Shown here one piece after another: positions 49,964-63,435 of a DNA stretch of 64,000 nt (within the stretch, counting starts at the first letter, position 1; each line of letters begins with the position of its first letter). The stretch is from Phycisphaerae bacterium. Its GTDB lineage: Bacteria > Planctomycetota > Phycisphaerae > UBA1845. The position numbers and the translations under genes are program-made. The notes beneath the pieces are model-generated. The model saw only the letters and a program-made list of their open reading frames with translations, searched no databases and was not told the origin of the DNA. The stretch covers positions 736,001-800,000 of the forward strand of contig CAXXGO010000001.1 of assembly GCA_963666835.2 (NCBI GenBank), written 5' to 3'.

Positions 49964-51816
49964 TTGCACGGCTACGTTCTCCTCATCCAATCCGTGTCAT
50001 CGTGGGTGTCCCTGGCAGATCAGACTCCCTATCTTCCCTAATAGAACGGTTTTTCCTGCGCGCAAGCCCTTTTAGGCCTCTTAAATGGCTTTCACCCGAC
50101 CCTCGGCGCGCAGAGCTCCCACTATCGCTATCAGTTTCTTTATGTTGAAGGCTGTGCATGCCCATAACCACTCGGTTCGGACCTTGTCCAATCCACGTAG
50201 CAGAAACTGCCGAAGCCCCATTGCATGCTTGATGACTGCGTTGGGAGTCTCCGCCAGATGCGCCCGCCGTGCGTAGTCCTTCTTACCGGATGCCGTCTTC
50301 AGCCACGCCGCAACCTTCTGGCGAAGCGGTTCATGTTGATCATGTGAAACCGTTCGCCGCTTGCACTTGCCGGATAGACAATCTTCCGCCAGCCTGCAAC
50401 CCTCACATGACAAACACCGATAGACCCGGTATTCCGAATCGGCGCCGTTCTCACGACCCTTCGTCTTGACTTGATCAAACGTCAGCCGGCGACCCTGTGG
50501 GCAGTAATAGCAGTCTTCTTCCCGCTGATAAACGAAGGCGGCGCGGTCCAGCTTTCCCGTCTGACGACGACGAGGAAGCTTAGCCCAGTCCGCCTCCGGC
50601 ACCGGGGTACTCGGGTCCGAACGTTCCGCCGGATTGTCATCCGGCAACCGCGAAGTCCCCGTAGGCATCAAAGGTTCAATCCCGCGATCCACCAACGCCG
50701 AGAGGTTGCCACCTGTGCCGAACGTCGAATCTGCCACCAACTGCTCGGGTTTCTGACCAAAAGCGGATTCAATACGCTCGGCCGTGGGGATTACGGCCTC
50801 CGCTTCGTTAATCTCGTTGAGCACGTCCCCATCTACGATCATCCCGCACTCATCATCCGCAGCGGCTACCGGATTGTAATTCGGACCATAGCCGCCCTCT
50901 TTATTGGGCATGATCGTCGAATCCGGATCGGCCACCGGAACCTTGGCCTTACGTTTCGAAGTGTTTTGGGACTTGCTATGCTTGGCGTCGATCTTCTTCG
51001 CAGCCTCCAAGGCCTTATGAAGTTGTTTCTGACGCTTCTTCAGATCGCCCAACTCCGACGGCAGGGTGTTGACCGAAACGCTGTCGCCAAACAGATCCTT
51101 CTCGCGACGATCTATCTGATCCGCCTCGGCCAGCAACTTATCGATCTGTTCGTCCAGAACACGTAATCGTTCTTCAAGCGTCTTGGCAGTGGCCGTCGCG
51201 TGTGGACTGCTATTCGCTTTAACCCGAGTCCCGTCCAACGCCACCTGATTCAGGCGTATCAATCCCATTTGCATAGCCACGCGGCCGATCTGTCGGAACA
51301 GATCCTTCAGTTCTCGTTTGAACCTCGTGCGGAAATCACAGAATGTCGAATGGTCGATGATCCGTCCTTCCGTCAGCCACATGAAGTCAACAGCGTTACC
51401 ACACGCCCACTCCAGACGCCGACTCGATCGAATCTTGTTGGTCAGACCGTATAGAATCGCCCCGGCCACGATCTTGGGGTGAATCGGCGGCTGCCCCACC
51501 ACCAGAACGTAATGTTGTTCCCAGCTTGCCCAATCCAGTCCATCGAGGATTTCCATCAAGAGCCGCACCGAGTGATTCTCGGGGATGCGGTCTCCCAACG
51601 TCTCGGGAATCAGGAGTATTTGGTCTCTGGGCAGCGGGGCTCGGTTCCATCTGCTCATGCTCGTTGCCTCCCTGCGACGCCTCTCTTCCTGACGCTCGGC
51701 CACGAACACCTGCCATCAAGAACCATGCCAATTAAATCGACAGGCCCTGAAGAGAAGGGCCATCCGACGAAAGAAAGCATATGTGTGCAGGTCCCGCGCC
51801 GGGCGTAGCCACGCAA
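49964..51816 (-). mobile_element. IS1182-family insertion sequence (ends tentative)
   Basis: Transposase flanked by imperfect inverted repeats TTGCACGGCTACG (49964) and CGTAGCCACGCAA (51804); no clear target duplication. Confidence 0.65.
50081..51658 (-). CDS. IS1182-family DDE transposase
   Basis: IRSSRRLE, DHSTFCDFR, LDGTRVKAN, ADS, CPQG, C..C....C, E....IK..MGLRQFLLRG. Confidence 0.93.
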   Translation of the reverse strand: MSRWNRAPLPRDQILLIPETLGDRIPENHSVRLLMEILDGLDWASWEQHYVLVVGQPPIHPKIVAGAILYGLTNKIRSSRRLEWACGNAVDFMWLTEGRIIDHSTFCDFRTRFKRELKDLFRQIGRVAMQMGLIRLNQVALDGTRVKANSSPHATATAKTLEERLRVLDEQIDKLLAEADQIDRREKDLFGDSVSVNTLPSELGDLKKRQKQLHKALEAAKKIDAKHSKSQNTSKRKAKVPVADPDSTIMPNKEGGYGPNYNPVAAADDECGMIVDGDVLNEINEAEAVIPTAERIESAFGQKPEQLVADSTFGTGGNLSALVDRGIEPLMPTGTSRLPDDNPAERSDPSTPVPEADWAKLPRRRQTGKLDRAAFVYQREEDCYYCPQGRRLTFDQVKTKGRENGADSEYRVYRCLSCEGCRLAEDCLSGKCKRRTVSHDQHEPLRQKVAAWLKTASGKKDYARRAHLAETPNAVIKHAMGLRQFLLRGLDKVRTEWLWACTAFNIKKLIAIVGALRAEGRVKAI

Positions 51817-51873
51817 GTGTGGCCCGCCGGGCGCTCAGAGAACGGCATACCCCGATAGGTCTTCTGCGGATTC

Positions 51874-53283
51874 CTACGGACAAGCCGCCGGGGCGCTGAA
51901 CGGATAGGTCAGCCCCGAGAACGCATTGACCACCCGCTGGACATCCGTCATATTCACGACCGTGTTGGGTGTCTGCGGATCGACATCTACCCAGGTCAAA
52001 TGCGGCGAGGTCGCCGCGCCGCCGAAGTACTGCACTACTGCCTGAAGGTCACTCATATTGACCAGGCCGTCCGCGGGCGTCCAGGCGGATACCGCAAAAC
52101 CGCCGACGCAATCAGCCCACCATTTCGGTGTCGGTCTCGGCGTAGCAGGCAAGGCAAGCGCCGGCGAATAGCTGGCCTCGTCGGCAATATCACAGGTGGC
52201 TTCGATGGCCTGGACGTCATAGACCTCGTTCGGAGATACGGCGCACCCGGCAGCATGTACAACCGGCTCGGTCCACACCCGATATACCGGTGCGTTCACC
52301 AAGTACGACACCCATACCCCCGGGGCGGCGAGGAACGGCGTGTCCAGCCACCAATACCGGCCGCTGGCAGGATGCTTCACGCGCAGCGCCACGGTCGCCC
52401 CCGGATTGTTCGGTTCAAACGAAAGGTACCGGTTCTTCGGCGCGTAACAGACACTGTTAATACACACGGCCTCGTTGGTACAATCAGTATCCAGGATGCA
52501 GGGTGTTGAATAGACCTCCGGCTGTGGTTGCAGTGCGATCGGGCAGACGGACTCCTCTCCGATAATCTGAAACGCCATATCGATGGACTCGCCCATGAAC
52601 TGATGTCCGGGCGGATAGCGCAACTCTTGCCACATGTCCGGCGGCGGATCATGCTCTGTACTCCAGACCGCGTCATCATTCCAGTGTTCCAACGAGGTCT
52701 TCCATCCGAACAGCGCCCCCGGATCCAAAGGGTTGGCCTGCACGTCAAGCCAGTACACGATCGGGTCCTGCGCCGTACCCTGCTGGGTGAAGTCGGACGG
52801 GTCGAGATAGAAGGTGTACTCCCAACAGATCGTATCGGCCGGGAAGAAGTACATATCCGGCGGGTCCATCCAGCCCTCCATGATCCCGGGTGTATCAACA
52901 TCCACTGTGAACTCGCCGGGCACGAACGTCCGCATCCACAGGAGTGGTCCCGGCACGCTCCAGCCTTGGGGACCCGCAGGAATGTCCGAGTGAATACTGA
53001 GCGTGAATTCCACCATCATAGGATCACCGCCCATCGGCAGGTAATCCTCAAGCCAGGAACCCCACACGTGAATCTCGGTTAGCGGGCCCGAGGCCTCACA
53101 CAGAAAATCGTCGGCCAGAACGTACCCCATCATGGCATTGGCGTTGATATCAATACCGGTCTCAAACAGATCCGGAAACTGGGTCCACTTGACGATTTCC
53201 GGTCCGCCGCCCTGCTGGTTGTATTTGATCGTCGCGTAGTCGCCGCCGCTGTAACCGGTGACATAGACGCTGTCTGCGTCATA
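51874..53283 (-). pseudogene. 3' part of the IS-interrupted secreted SBBP/dockerin-like protein
   Basis: Open frame runs up to the target duplication; KWTQFP...ADDF...IHVWGSW domain, KNRYLSF domain, DGLVNMSD and NTVVNMTD dockerin-like pair. Confidence 0.85.
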
Positions 53284-53291
53284 TACATCGA

Positions 53292-54333
53292 CCTGATTCT
53301 CTACTTGACTCCGGCGGCTAAGTACGGTATTTGTTAGGGCTTACGATTTCATGGTTCATGGAGGAGGTCGGCCATGTCTGACGAGATTCGCCCGAAGCAT
53401 CCCGTGCCCAAGATCTTGGATGTAGCGTCGTTTATGCGTCGCTTCGGAGATGATGCGGCCTGTGCCGCGTATCTGCGAAAGGCTCGCTGGGGACCGAACC
53501 TGGAACGGTTCGTCTGCCCGGACTGTGGGCATAACCGCGGATGGTGGCTCCCGACCCGAGGGCTCGTCGAGTGCCGGGAGTGTCACCATCAGACCTCACC
53601 GACGGCCGGCACGGTGTTTCACGGTGCCCGCGTGCCGCTCTGGAAGTGGTTCTGGGCTATGTATCAAGAGGCTCACTCGAAGAAAGGCCTCGCGGCCACG
53701 GCGTTGGCCAAGCAGATCCAGGTCTGCTACCAGACTGCCTGGATGATGCTGCAGAAGCTCCGCGAGGCCATGCGTCAACGATGCCAACGTTATGTCCTGC
53801 AGGGACTTGTGGAGGTCGACGAGACATACGTTGGCGGCCGGGAACCGGGTCGGCCGGGGCGTGGAGTGGAGAAGAAGGTCCCAGTGGGAGTGGCCGTCGA
53901 GCTTGACGAGAACGACCGGCCTAAGCGAATCGCCATTCAGGGACTGAAAAGCGTCGACGCTCGAAGCCTGAGGGGTTTCACGACGAGACACGTAGCGAAG
54001 GGCTCATGTCTCCGGACGGACGGATGGGGAAGTTACGTTTCAGTGGCCAAGGCCGGGTACGAGCACGAGGCAATCGTGACGGGCGGTGGGAAGAATGCGG
54101 TTCAAATTTTCCCCTGGGTTCACACCTTCATCGGCAACCTGAAGCGGATGATTGTGGGCACATATCACAGCGTTTCGCCCAAACACCTCGACCGTTACCT
54201 GGCCGCGTTCACCTATCGGGCCAACCGTCGCTGGATGGAAGCAAAACTCTTCGATCGCCTTGTTATCGCGGCCGTAGCTGCCAAACCACTGACATTAAAG
54301 GAGTTAACCACCGGAGCGAGGTAGAGAATCAGG
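53292..54333 (+). mobile_element. IS1595-family insertion sequence, 1042 bp
   Basis: ~30-bp imperfect TIRs beginning CCTGATTCTCTAC; 8-bp direct repeat TACATCGA at 53284-53291 and 54334-54341. Confidence 0.95.
53374..54324 (+). CDS. IS1595-family transposase
   Basis: CPDC...CREC zinc ribbon, TAGTVFH, VEVDETY, TDG, PWVH, YH.VS.KHL..YL. Confidence 0.93.
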   Translation: MSDEIRPKHPVPKILDVASFMRRFGDDAACAAYLRKARWGPNLERFVCPDCGHNRGWWLPTRGLVECRECHHQTSPTAGTVFHGARVPLWKWFWAMYQEAHSKKGLAATALAKQIQVCYQTAWMMLQKLREAMRQRCQRYVLQGLVEVDETYVGGREPGRPGRGVEKKVPVGVAVELDENDRPKRIAIQGLKSVDARSLRGFTTRHVAKGSCLRTDGWGSYVSVAKAGYEHEAIVTGGGKNAVQIFPWVHTFIGNLKRMIVGTYHSVSPKHLDRYLAAFTYRANRRWMEAKLFDRLVIAAVAAKPLTLKELTTGAR

Positions 54334-55587
54334 TACATCGATTGCCATCGCCTGATCGGCGTAATCAGTCCCGCCGTTGTAACGCATGGCCCATTGTTCT
54401 GCGCCGGAAGAGTCATACATCACGGTGGCATAGTCCCAGTTGTTGGCCGTGCCGCGGCTTTCCCCGGTCACGTAAACATTGCACGGGCTCTCATCGTCGA
54501 TGGCGATATCATAAGCGTTGTCGTCATATCCGGTGCCGTCGTAACGGCTTGCCCACTGCTGAGTGCCGGAAGCATCGTATTTGATCGTTACGTAGTCGTT
54601 GCCGGTTGCCGCCCCGGCGCTTTCGCCGGTAACATACAAGTTGGCCGCGCTGTCCACGACTATTGCGTGGGCAGTATCGAAGCCGCCCGTCCCGTCATAT
54701 CGGCGGGCCCATTGTTGAGCACCGTTCGAGTTGGCGAACTTCACCGTGGCGATATCGTAATCAGTGCCCGAGCCCATACTGTAGCCGGTGACGTACGCGT
54801 TGCCGGAGGAATCAACCGCGACGGCTTCGGCGGTGTCGTTCAGGTCTCCAGTCACCGGGCCGTCGTAATAGGCCGCCCAGTACTCGGTCGCCAACGTCGG
54901 GTCGCACTTGACCGTGAAATAGTCGGGGCCGTTCGTGCCGGTCGCATAGACATTGTTGCCGGCGCTGTCCAGTGACACGCCCATAGCATATCCGCCACCG
55001 TATATTCGCACGTATTGCTGGGTACCGGCGGAGTCATACCTGAGCATGATGAAGTTGTCACCGCTTCTGCCCACGACGTAAACATCCCCGGAGCTACCTA
55101 CGGTGATGTCGTAACCTTCGTCATAGCGATCATCGGGGGCGCCGCCGGCATACTTGGCGCTCCACTGGAAGACTCCGGTGGTGTTGTATTTGACGGTCAG
55201 AATGTCGTAACCCGTCATCCCCGAGCCGGTGGCGGTGTTGCCGGTAATGTAGACATTCCCCGAGATGTCAACGGCGATGGCCAAGGCAACGTCGCCGAGG
55301 TCACTCCCCGGATTGTAGTTGTAGCGTCGCACCCACAACTCGCTGCCGGCCGAGTCATACTTTGCCGTGGCACATTCCCAACCGTCGCCGCCAATGTAGC
55401 CGGTCACATAGACATTACCGGCGGCGTCCGTGGTAATGTCCTGTGCGTAATCGCTTTGCCCGCCGTCGTACCGGGCGACCCATTCTTGAGCTGCCTGCGT
55501 TGATGTGCCGGCCAGCAATGCGGTGCCTGCAAGCAGCAGGCCCAAGGGCCAAGTTTGTTTTGTGATGTTCATCGTGTTTGTCTTCAT
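54334..55587 (-). pseudogene. 5' part of the IS-interrupted protein: signal peptide plus SBBP beta-propeller repeats
   Basis: Repeated D..GNVYVTG......D..T.KY...G..QW..RY units; frame reads into the IS end and stops at 54304. Confidence 0.85.
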
Positions 55588-56004
55588 TCAGATGTGAGTA
55601 CGGACCTAGTAAGAACGCGCATGCTCTGCACGGTCGGTGCGGAAACGCTGATGGGTCAATCGGGCCGTGTTCTGAAAATGGTCGATGCAGGGATTGGGCC
55701 GAACTGGTCAACACATCGCAAGCAGCGGATCCTGCTTCCACGATCGTCTCTGCGAAACGAGATTTGTCGCCGGCCAAAGCGAACGGAAATGAGTATACGT
55801 GGGCGCACTGCTTACGGCAAGCCAGAAGGCGCGTTTGGAGGGCGAGTCGCATTAACCTGACCGTTCTTGCGGCGCGTAAGATGGCAGTCCCACGTACGTG
55901 CGCCCCGGCCTACATGGCGAGCTGGAAATCGTGCCAGGAAGATGGTCACGGCGTGAGTCGGGCCGTGGTGTGTTTACGAGCGCCTGCGGCGAGGCCGCGC
56001 CAGG

Positions 56005-56418
56005 CTAACGTGGCGTCTTATTAGTAGCCAGCCGAATTTGGATCTGGCTGCGCTGGATTGCGCGGGTGCGGGCTTTGTAAGAATTCTCGTCGGTGATCTT
56101 CATAGCGCGAGCTTCGATTAAGGCCTCTTCGGCCGCGGCGGGGTCGATGTCCTCTGGGCGGCCGGCTTGCTCGGTCAAGATTGTCAGACGGTTGTCAACT
56201 ACCTGCGCGAAGCCCCCGTCGATATACATCGTGTGGTTCTCGGTCGGTGCCTCAATGCGGAGGCGGCCTACGCCCAGCTTGCAGAGCAGGGGGGACCGGT
56301 TGAACAGCACGCCCATCTCGCCGTCGTGGGCGGGAAAGGCCACGAACGTTGCCGCGCACTCCACCATGGTCCGCTCCGGCGTAACCACACTGCACTGAAA
56401 AGTATCGCTCTTGGCCAT
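56005..56418 (-). CDS. atpC: ATP synthase epsilon subunit
   Basis: VVTPE, GEMGVL, GGFAQV; operon position. Confidence 0.93.
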   Translation of the reverse strand: MAKSDTFQCSVVTPERTMVECAATFVAFPAHDGEMGVLFNRSPLLCKLGVGRLRIEAPTENHTMYIDGGFAQVVDNRLTILTEQAGRPEDIDPAAAEEALIEARAMKITDENSYKARTRAIQRSQIQIRLATNKTPR

Positions 56419-56458
56419 CAGTTACTCGCAAAAATCAACCTGACACCCTTTTAGAGGG

Positions 56459-58875
<2,417 letters not shown>

Positions 58876-58927
58876 CGATCCGTCGCTTCCCCCGCCGCCG
58901 CATCATCTGCGCCGGCGGACTCGGTCG

Positions 58928-60646
58928 TTACTTGCCCGTAAACTGCGTTTTGAAATCGCCGATGAGCTTGCGGAGCTTCTCCGTGATCTCGTCGGTCATC
59001 TCGCCTTTCTCTTCCAAATCCTTAACGACATCCGCGTGGCTATCGCGAACGTGCTGCAGCAGAGCCGCCTCGAATTCCTGGACCTTGTTGATCGGTAGAT
59101 TGTCGAGGAACCCCTGGGCTCCCGCGAATATGCTGATCACCTGATCGTTAATGTGGTAGGGCGTGTACTGCGGTTGTTTCAACAACTCAACCATGCGCTG
59201 GCCGCGGTCGAGTTGGCGCTGCGTAGCCGCATCAAGGTCCGTACCCAGTTGGGCAAACGCCTCCAACTCGCGGAACGAAGCCAGATCGAGCCGCAATGAG
59301 CCGGCGATCTTCTTCATGGCCTTCCGCTGGGCGTTACCCCCGACGCGGGATACGCTGATCCCCACATTGATCGCCGGCCGCACGCCGGCGAAGAACAGAT
59401 CCGGCTCCAGATAGATCTGGCCGTCGGTGATCGAGATCACGTTGGTCGGAATATACGCGGACACTTCGCCTTCCAGCGTTTCGATGATCGGCAGTGCGGT
59501 AAGTGAACCCCCGCTATCGGGGAAGTGGTGTACGCGGTACTTGTCCTTGTCCGGCATGGAGTTATGCCACGCGGTTGCTTTTTCGAGCCCTAACGGCCGG
59601 TGGAAAAGCCCGTCTGTGTCGTCCGGACGATGTTCCTTCGGAGCTTTGAGCCCCTCGGGGTGCTTGACCGTTACGCTGCGGTCGCGGCAATCCTCGGCCG
59701 TGCCCGCCGGAACGACTGCATACTCGTCACGCAGCTTAACGCTACGTTCCAGCAAACGCGAATGCAGATAGAAAACGTCTCCGGGATACGCCTCACGTCC
59801 TGGAGGCCGGCGCAGCAGCAGCGAAAGCTGCCGGTAGGCGTGGGCTTGTTTGGAGAGGTCGTCATAGATGCACAACGTGGCGCGGCCTTCCTGGTACATG
59901 AAGTACTCGGCCATCGCCGCCCCGGCGTACGGGGCGATGTACTGCAGCGGGGCGGGGTCGGCGGCGGAGGAGGAAACGACAATCGTGTAGTCCATCGCTC
60001 CCATCTGGGTGAGCTTGTCGACCACGCCGGCGACCGTAGATTCCTTCTGCCCCACGGCCACATAGATGCAGATGACGTCGCCGCCTTTTTGGTTGATGAT
60101 GGTGTCGACCACGATGGCGGTCTTGCCGGTCTTGCGGTCGCCGATGATAAGCTCACGCTGCCCGCGCCCGATGGGAATCATGCTGTCGATAGCCTTGATG
60201 CCGGTTTGCAGCGGTTCGTTGACCGGCTGGCGCTCGGCGATACCGGGGGCTTTGAGCTCGAGCGGCCCGCGGTGCGGAGTCTCGATGGGCCCCTTGCCGT
60301 CCAGCGGGCGTCCGAGCGGATCGACCACGCGGCCGATCATCGCTTCCCCGCACGGGACGCTGAGCAGTTCACCCGTGCGCCGGACTTCATCGCCCTCCTT
60401 GATGCCGAGGTAGTCCCCGAGAATCACGGCGCCGACGGAGTTCTCTTCGAGGTTGAACACCTGGCCGAACTGCCGGTTGGCGAATTCCAGCCGTTCACCC
60501 GCCATCGCGTTCTGCAGCCCGTAGATCCGCGCGATTCCGTCGCCGACCTCGAGCACCTTGCCGACCTCGGCCACGTCGACCTCACTGCGGTATTGGCGAA
60601 TCTCTTCACTGATTACCGAGGAGATCTCGTCGACTTTGAATTTCAT
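58928..60646 (-). CDS. atpA: ATP synthase alpha subunit
   Basis: [43 protein letters not shown]. Confidence 0.98.
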   Translation of the reverse strand: MKFKVDEISSVISEEIRQYRSEVDVAEVGKVLEVGDGIARIYGLQNAMAGERLEFANRQFGQVFNLEENSVGAVILGDYLGIKEGDEVRRTGELLSVPCGEAMIGRVVDPLGRPLDGKGPIETPHRGPLELKAPGIAERQPVNEPLQTGIKAIDSMIPIGRGQRELIIGDRKTGKTAIVVDTIINQKGGDVICIYVAVGQKESTVAGVVDKLTQMGAMDYTIVVSSSAADPAPLQYIAPYAGAAMAEYFMYQEGRATLCIYDDLSKQAHAYRQLSLLLRRPPGREAYPGDVFYLHSRLLERSVKLRDEYAVVPAGTAEDCRDRSVTVKHPEGLKAPKEHRPDDTDGLFHRPLGLEKATAWHNSMPDKDKYRVHHFPDSGGSLTALPIIETLEGEVSAYIPTNVISITDGQIYLEPDLFFAGVRPAINVGISVSRVGGNAQRKAMKKIAGSLRLDLASFRELEAFAQLGTDLDAATQRQLDRGQRMVELLKQPQYTPYHINDQVISIFAGAQGFLDNLPINKVQEFEAALLQHVRDSHADVVKDLEEKGEMTDEITEKLRKLIGDFKTQFTGK

Positions 60647-60739
60647 ATATCTACCTTTGCCTTGTGGCACCTATCCGGCAAGACGCCGGTGATTCCGGGT
60701 GGTCAGCCCTCGATCCTTGGCGGAAGCGTTACGGCGGCG

Positions 60740-61342
60740 TCAGCCCGCTTCGATAACGTATGCCCCGCCCTCGTGAGCTTCGACCGACGCCCGTTCGGCG
60801 AGGGAATCCGCCAGTTTTCTCAATCGCGTTGACACGCTCGTGTCAAGTTGCCGGTCACCGATCCGAATGACCACCCCGGCGATGATCGATTCGTCAACGG
60901 TCTCGACCAGCCGGGCTTCTTTGCCGGCGAACTCGCCGGTAACCGTCTTCAGTCTATCTCGCAGAGAATCAGTCAGTGCTGTGGCCGTGCGCACATGTAC
61001 GTCCACCACGCCGCGCCGGTCCTGATGGGCCAGGCGGTAGGCTTCCACGACGCTGCGCAGAATACCCGCACGGTCTTTACGGTTCAGCACCTGCAGTGAG
61101 TCTACGAGTAAGTCGCTGGCCCTCCCGCGAAAGATCTTCTGGATCGACGCGCGGCGCACTTCGGGATCTACCATCGGGCTGGCGAGGAAGGTCTCGAACT
61201 CCGGGTTACCGTCGAGGACGGTCACCAGATCGAGCAACTCCTCGAGCAGCGCGTCGGCCTGACCCTGCGCCTCGGCGAGTTCGAACATCGCCCCGCCATA
61301 CACCCGCGCCAGAGCGAATTCCTTGTCGCTTGCTTCAGCCAT
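60740..61342 (-). CDS. atpH: ATP synthase delta subunit
   Basis: ARVY..A.FE, VDESIIAGVVIRIGD..LDTS. Confidence 0.93.
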   Translation of the reverse strand: MAEASDKEFALARVYGGAMFELAEAQGQADALLEELLDLVTVLDGNPEFETFLASPMVDPEVRRASIQKIFRGRASDLLVDSLQVLNRKDRAGILRSVVEAYRLAHQDRRGVVDVHVRTATALTDSLRDRLKTVTGEFAGKEARLVETVDESIIAGVVIRIGDRQLDTSVSTRLRKLADSLAERASVEAHEGGAYVIEAG

Positions 61343-61377
61343 TGACTTTCATCCACAGCGCCGCCGGAGCTTCCGCG

Positions 61378-61956
61378 TCAGTTCCGACTCATCTTGCTCA
61401 ACTCGTCGATCGACTCGGCAATCAACCGCTCGTGTTCCTTGGCATTCAGCTCTTTGCGAACGATACGCGAAGCGACTTCGACTGCGAGCCTCCCGCCTAC
61501 GTCACAAATCTCCTTGACCGCTGACGCCGTCGCCAAGTCAATCTCGCGCTTGGCGCGATCGATCATGGCTTTAGCTTCGTTCTTGGCCTCTTCCTCGATC
61601 GCTAACCGGGCGGCTTCGGCATTGCGCCGCGCCTCGTCGAGCACGTCCTTGGCCTCAGTCGAAGCGGCCTTGAGCTTCTCGTCATACTCTTTGAGCCTGG
61701 CTTCCGCGGCCTCGCGGTCTTCTTTCGCTTTTTCGAGCGAGCCGCGAATGAAATCCTCGCGTTTCTGGAGAGCTTGCAGAATCGGGCCCCAGGCGAACTT
61801 CCCCAAAACGAGCACAACGAGAGCGAAGATGAGCAGCGTCCACACCGCCACCCCGACGTCACCCGAGAAAAGTCCCGGTTCCGCTCCTCCGCCGGATGCA
61901 AAAGCCTCAGAGGTGGTCGCCAGGAAAACGAGACCGGCCGGCATTATCCTTGTCAT
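61378..61956 (-). CDS. atpF: ATP synthase subunit b
   Basis: WTLLIF...LGKFAWGPIL..L.KRE..I followed by coiled coil; start uncertain (61956-61977). Confidence 0.92.
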   Translation of the reverse strand: MTRIMPAGLVFLATTSEAFASGGGAEPGLFSGDVGVAVWTLLIFALVVLVLGKFAWGPILQALQKREDFIRGSLEKAKEDREAAEARLKEYDEKLKAASTEAKDVLDEARRNAEAARLAIEEEAKNEAKAMIDRAKREIDLATASAVKEICDVGGRLAVEVASRIVRKELNAKEHERLIAESIDELSKMSRN

Positions 61957-62059
61957 ACCATCACTCGCCATCGACATCGCCCGCGAAGCTTTCGGCCGCC
62001 GGGCTGCCAGTTTCAGATACATGCGTCCCCTCAAATCGAAGGGACACACCCGCGGCCTG

Positions 62060-62419
62060 CTACATGGCGGCCAGAAGCCCGACGACAACGCCGAACAACG
62101 TAACACCCTCGATCATGGCGGCGGTGATGATCATGGCCGTGCTGATACTGCCCGAAGCCTCCGGTTGCCGCGCCATCGACTCGACGGCGCTTCCGCCGAT
62201 ACGACCGATTCCGGCTCCGCCGCCCATGACGACCAGCCCGGCACCGATAGCCCCGCCGATCTTCCCGGCACCTTCCGTCGAGAGGAAGGTGGCGTTGTCT
62301 GCGTGGGCGGCCTCGGCTTCGGTTTCGGCCGGTTCCGTGGCGGTGGCCACGCCAGCGAACATCAGAACAAACCCGGCCAGGATCATCCCCAGAATGATCT
62401 TCGAGAATCTCTTGCTCAT
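62060..62419 (-). CDS. atpE: ATP synthase subunit c with N-terminal extension
   Basis: GGGAGIG, ARQPE, AMIEG. Confidence 0.95.
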   Translation of the reverse strand: MSKRFSKIILGMILAGFVLMFAGVATATEPAETEAEAAHADNATFLSTEGAGKIGGAIGAGLVVMGGGAGIGRIGGSAVESMARQPEASGSISTAMIITAAMIEGVTLFGVVVGLLAAM

Positions 62420-62550
62420 AGTCGTACGATCCTTACGTCAGTGGCGGTTGGGTGGGGCCGCCCGCCCAAGCTCGATTCGCCATCGCAGTCACGCCTTACG
62501 ACCCGAGTGCCCCACGCATATCCGGGCATGGCGAATATTCGGTTTACCAG

Positions 62551-63435
62551 CTAATGCGCGTGGGCCTCCTCATGCTCAGCGTCGTGGTGGAATACTACGG
62601 ACATCCCAATGAATAATGTCGTCAGGAAGGTGAAGATAAACGCCTGCAGAAAGGCCACGAATAACTCAAGGAGTATGATGGCAACACTGCCCAATACTAC
62701 CGGGACGGCGACGGCGAATCCGCCCCCCGCACCGATGGTCGTGCCGGCACTGATGATGAAACTCAAGAGCACCGCCAGCAGAATATGCCCTGCCACCATG
62801 TTGGCAAAAAGTCGCACCGCCAGGGCGAAGATCTTCGCCACGAGCCCCACTATCTCTACCGGGACCAACAGCGGCGCCAGCCAGAGCGGGCCCGGGCAGA
62901 AGTGGGCGATGTATTGCATGCCGCCCAGCCGTACACCATTGATTACCATCAGCGCCATAGTCATCAACGCCAGTGATGCGGTGACGAAGATGTTACCCGT
63001 AGCCGTCCCGCCAAGGTGCGTGCCGAAGAGTGCGCTGATCGGCGCAATCGGAAGCAGCCCGAGCAGATTGATGGTCAGGATGAAGAAGAACACGCTCCAG
63101 ATGTACTTAATGAAGCGGTCAGTGTGTTGCTGCAACGCCGGCTCGGCCACCTCTTTGCGGAGGTACTGGCAGATGGCCTCGATGAAGTTCACGAAGCCGG
63201 TTGGGACCATTCCGTCGATATCGTTCGAGCCGCGCAGCCGGCGAACCGCCCGTGGAACGAAGAGGATCAACAGCATTCCGGCGACCATCATCATTATGAT
63301 CTGGTCGCTGAGCAGGGTGACTACGCCTTCCGGAGTCAACAGGCCGTGGATGTCGCCCTCGACCGTGAAAAGCGGATGTTGCACGACGTGATCGAGCGGA
63401 CTCCCGCTGGCTAGAAATCCTGGCGCCATGCTCAT
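62551..63435 (-). CDS. atpB: ATP synthase subunit a
   Basis: NLLGLLP, TATGN, ALAVRLFANMVAGH, LQAFIF; start moved to MSMAP. Confidence 0.96.
   Translation of the reverse strand: MSMAPGFLASGSPLDHVVQHPLFTVEGDIHGLLTPEGVVTLLSDQIIMMMVAGMLLILFVPRAVRRLRGSNDIDGMVPTGFVNFIEAICQYLRKEVAEPALQQHTDRFIKYIWSVFFFILTINLLGLLPIAPISALFGTHLGGTATGNIFVTASLALMTMALMVINGVRLGGMQYIAHFCPGPLWLAPLLVPVEIVGLVAKIFALAVRLFANMVAGHILLAVLLSFIISAGTTIGAGGGFAVAVPVVLGSVAIILLELFVAFLQAFIFTFLTTLFIGMSVVFHHDAEHEEAHAH

Noticed and set aside
59516..59731. Intein in AtpA
   Set aside because: No N-terminal Cys/Ser or C-terminal His-Asn splice motifs, and too short
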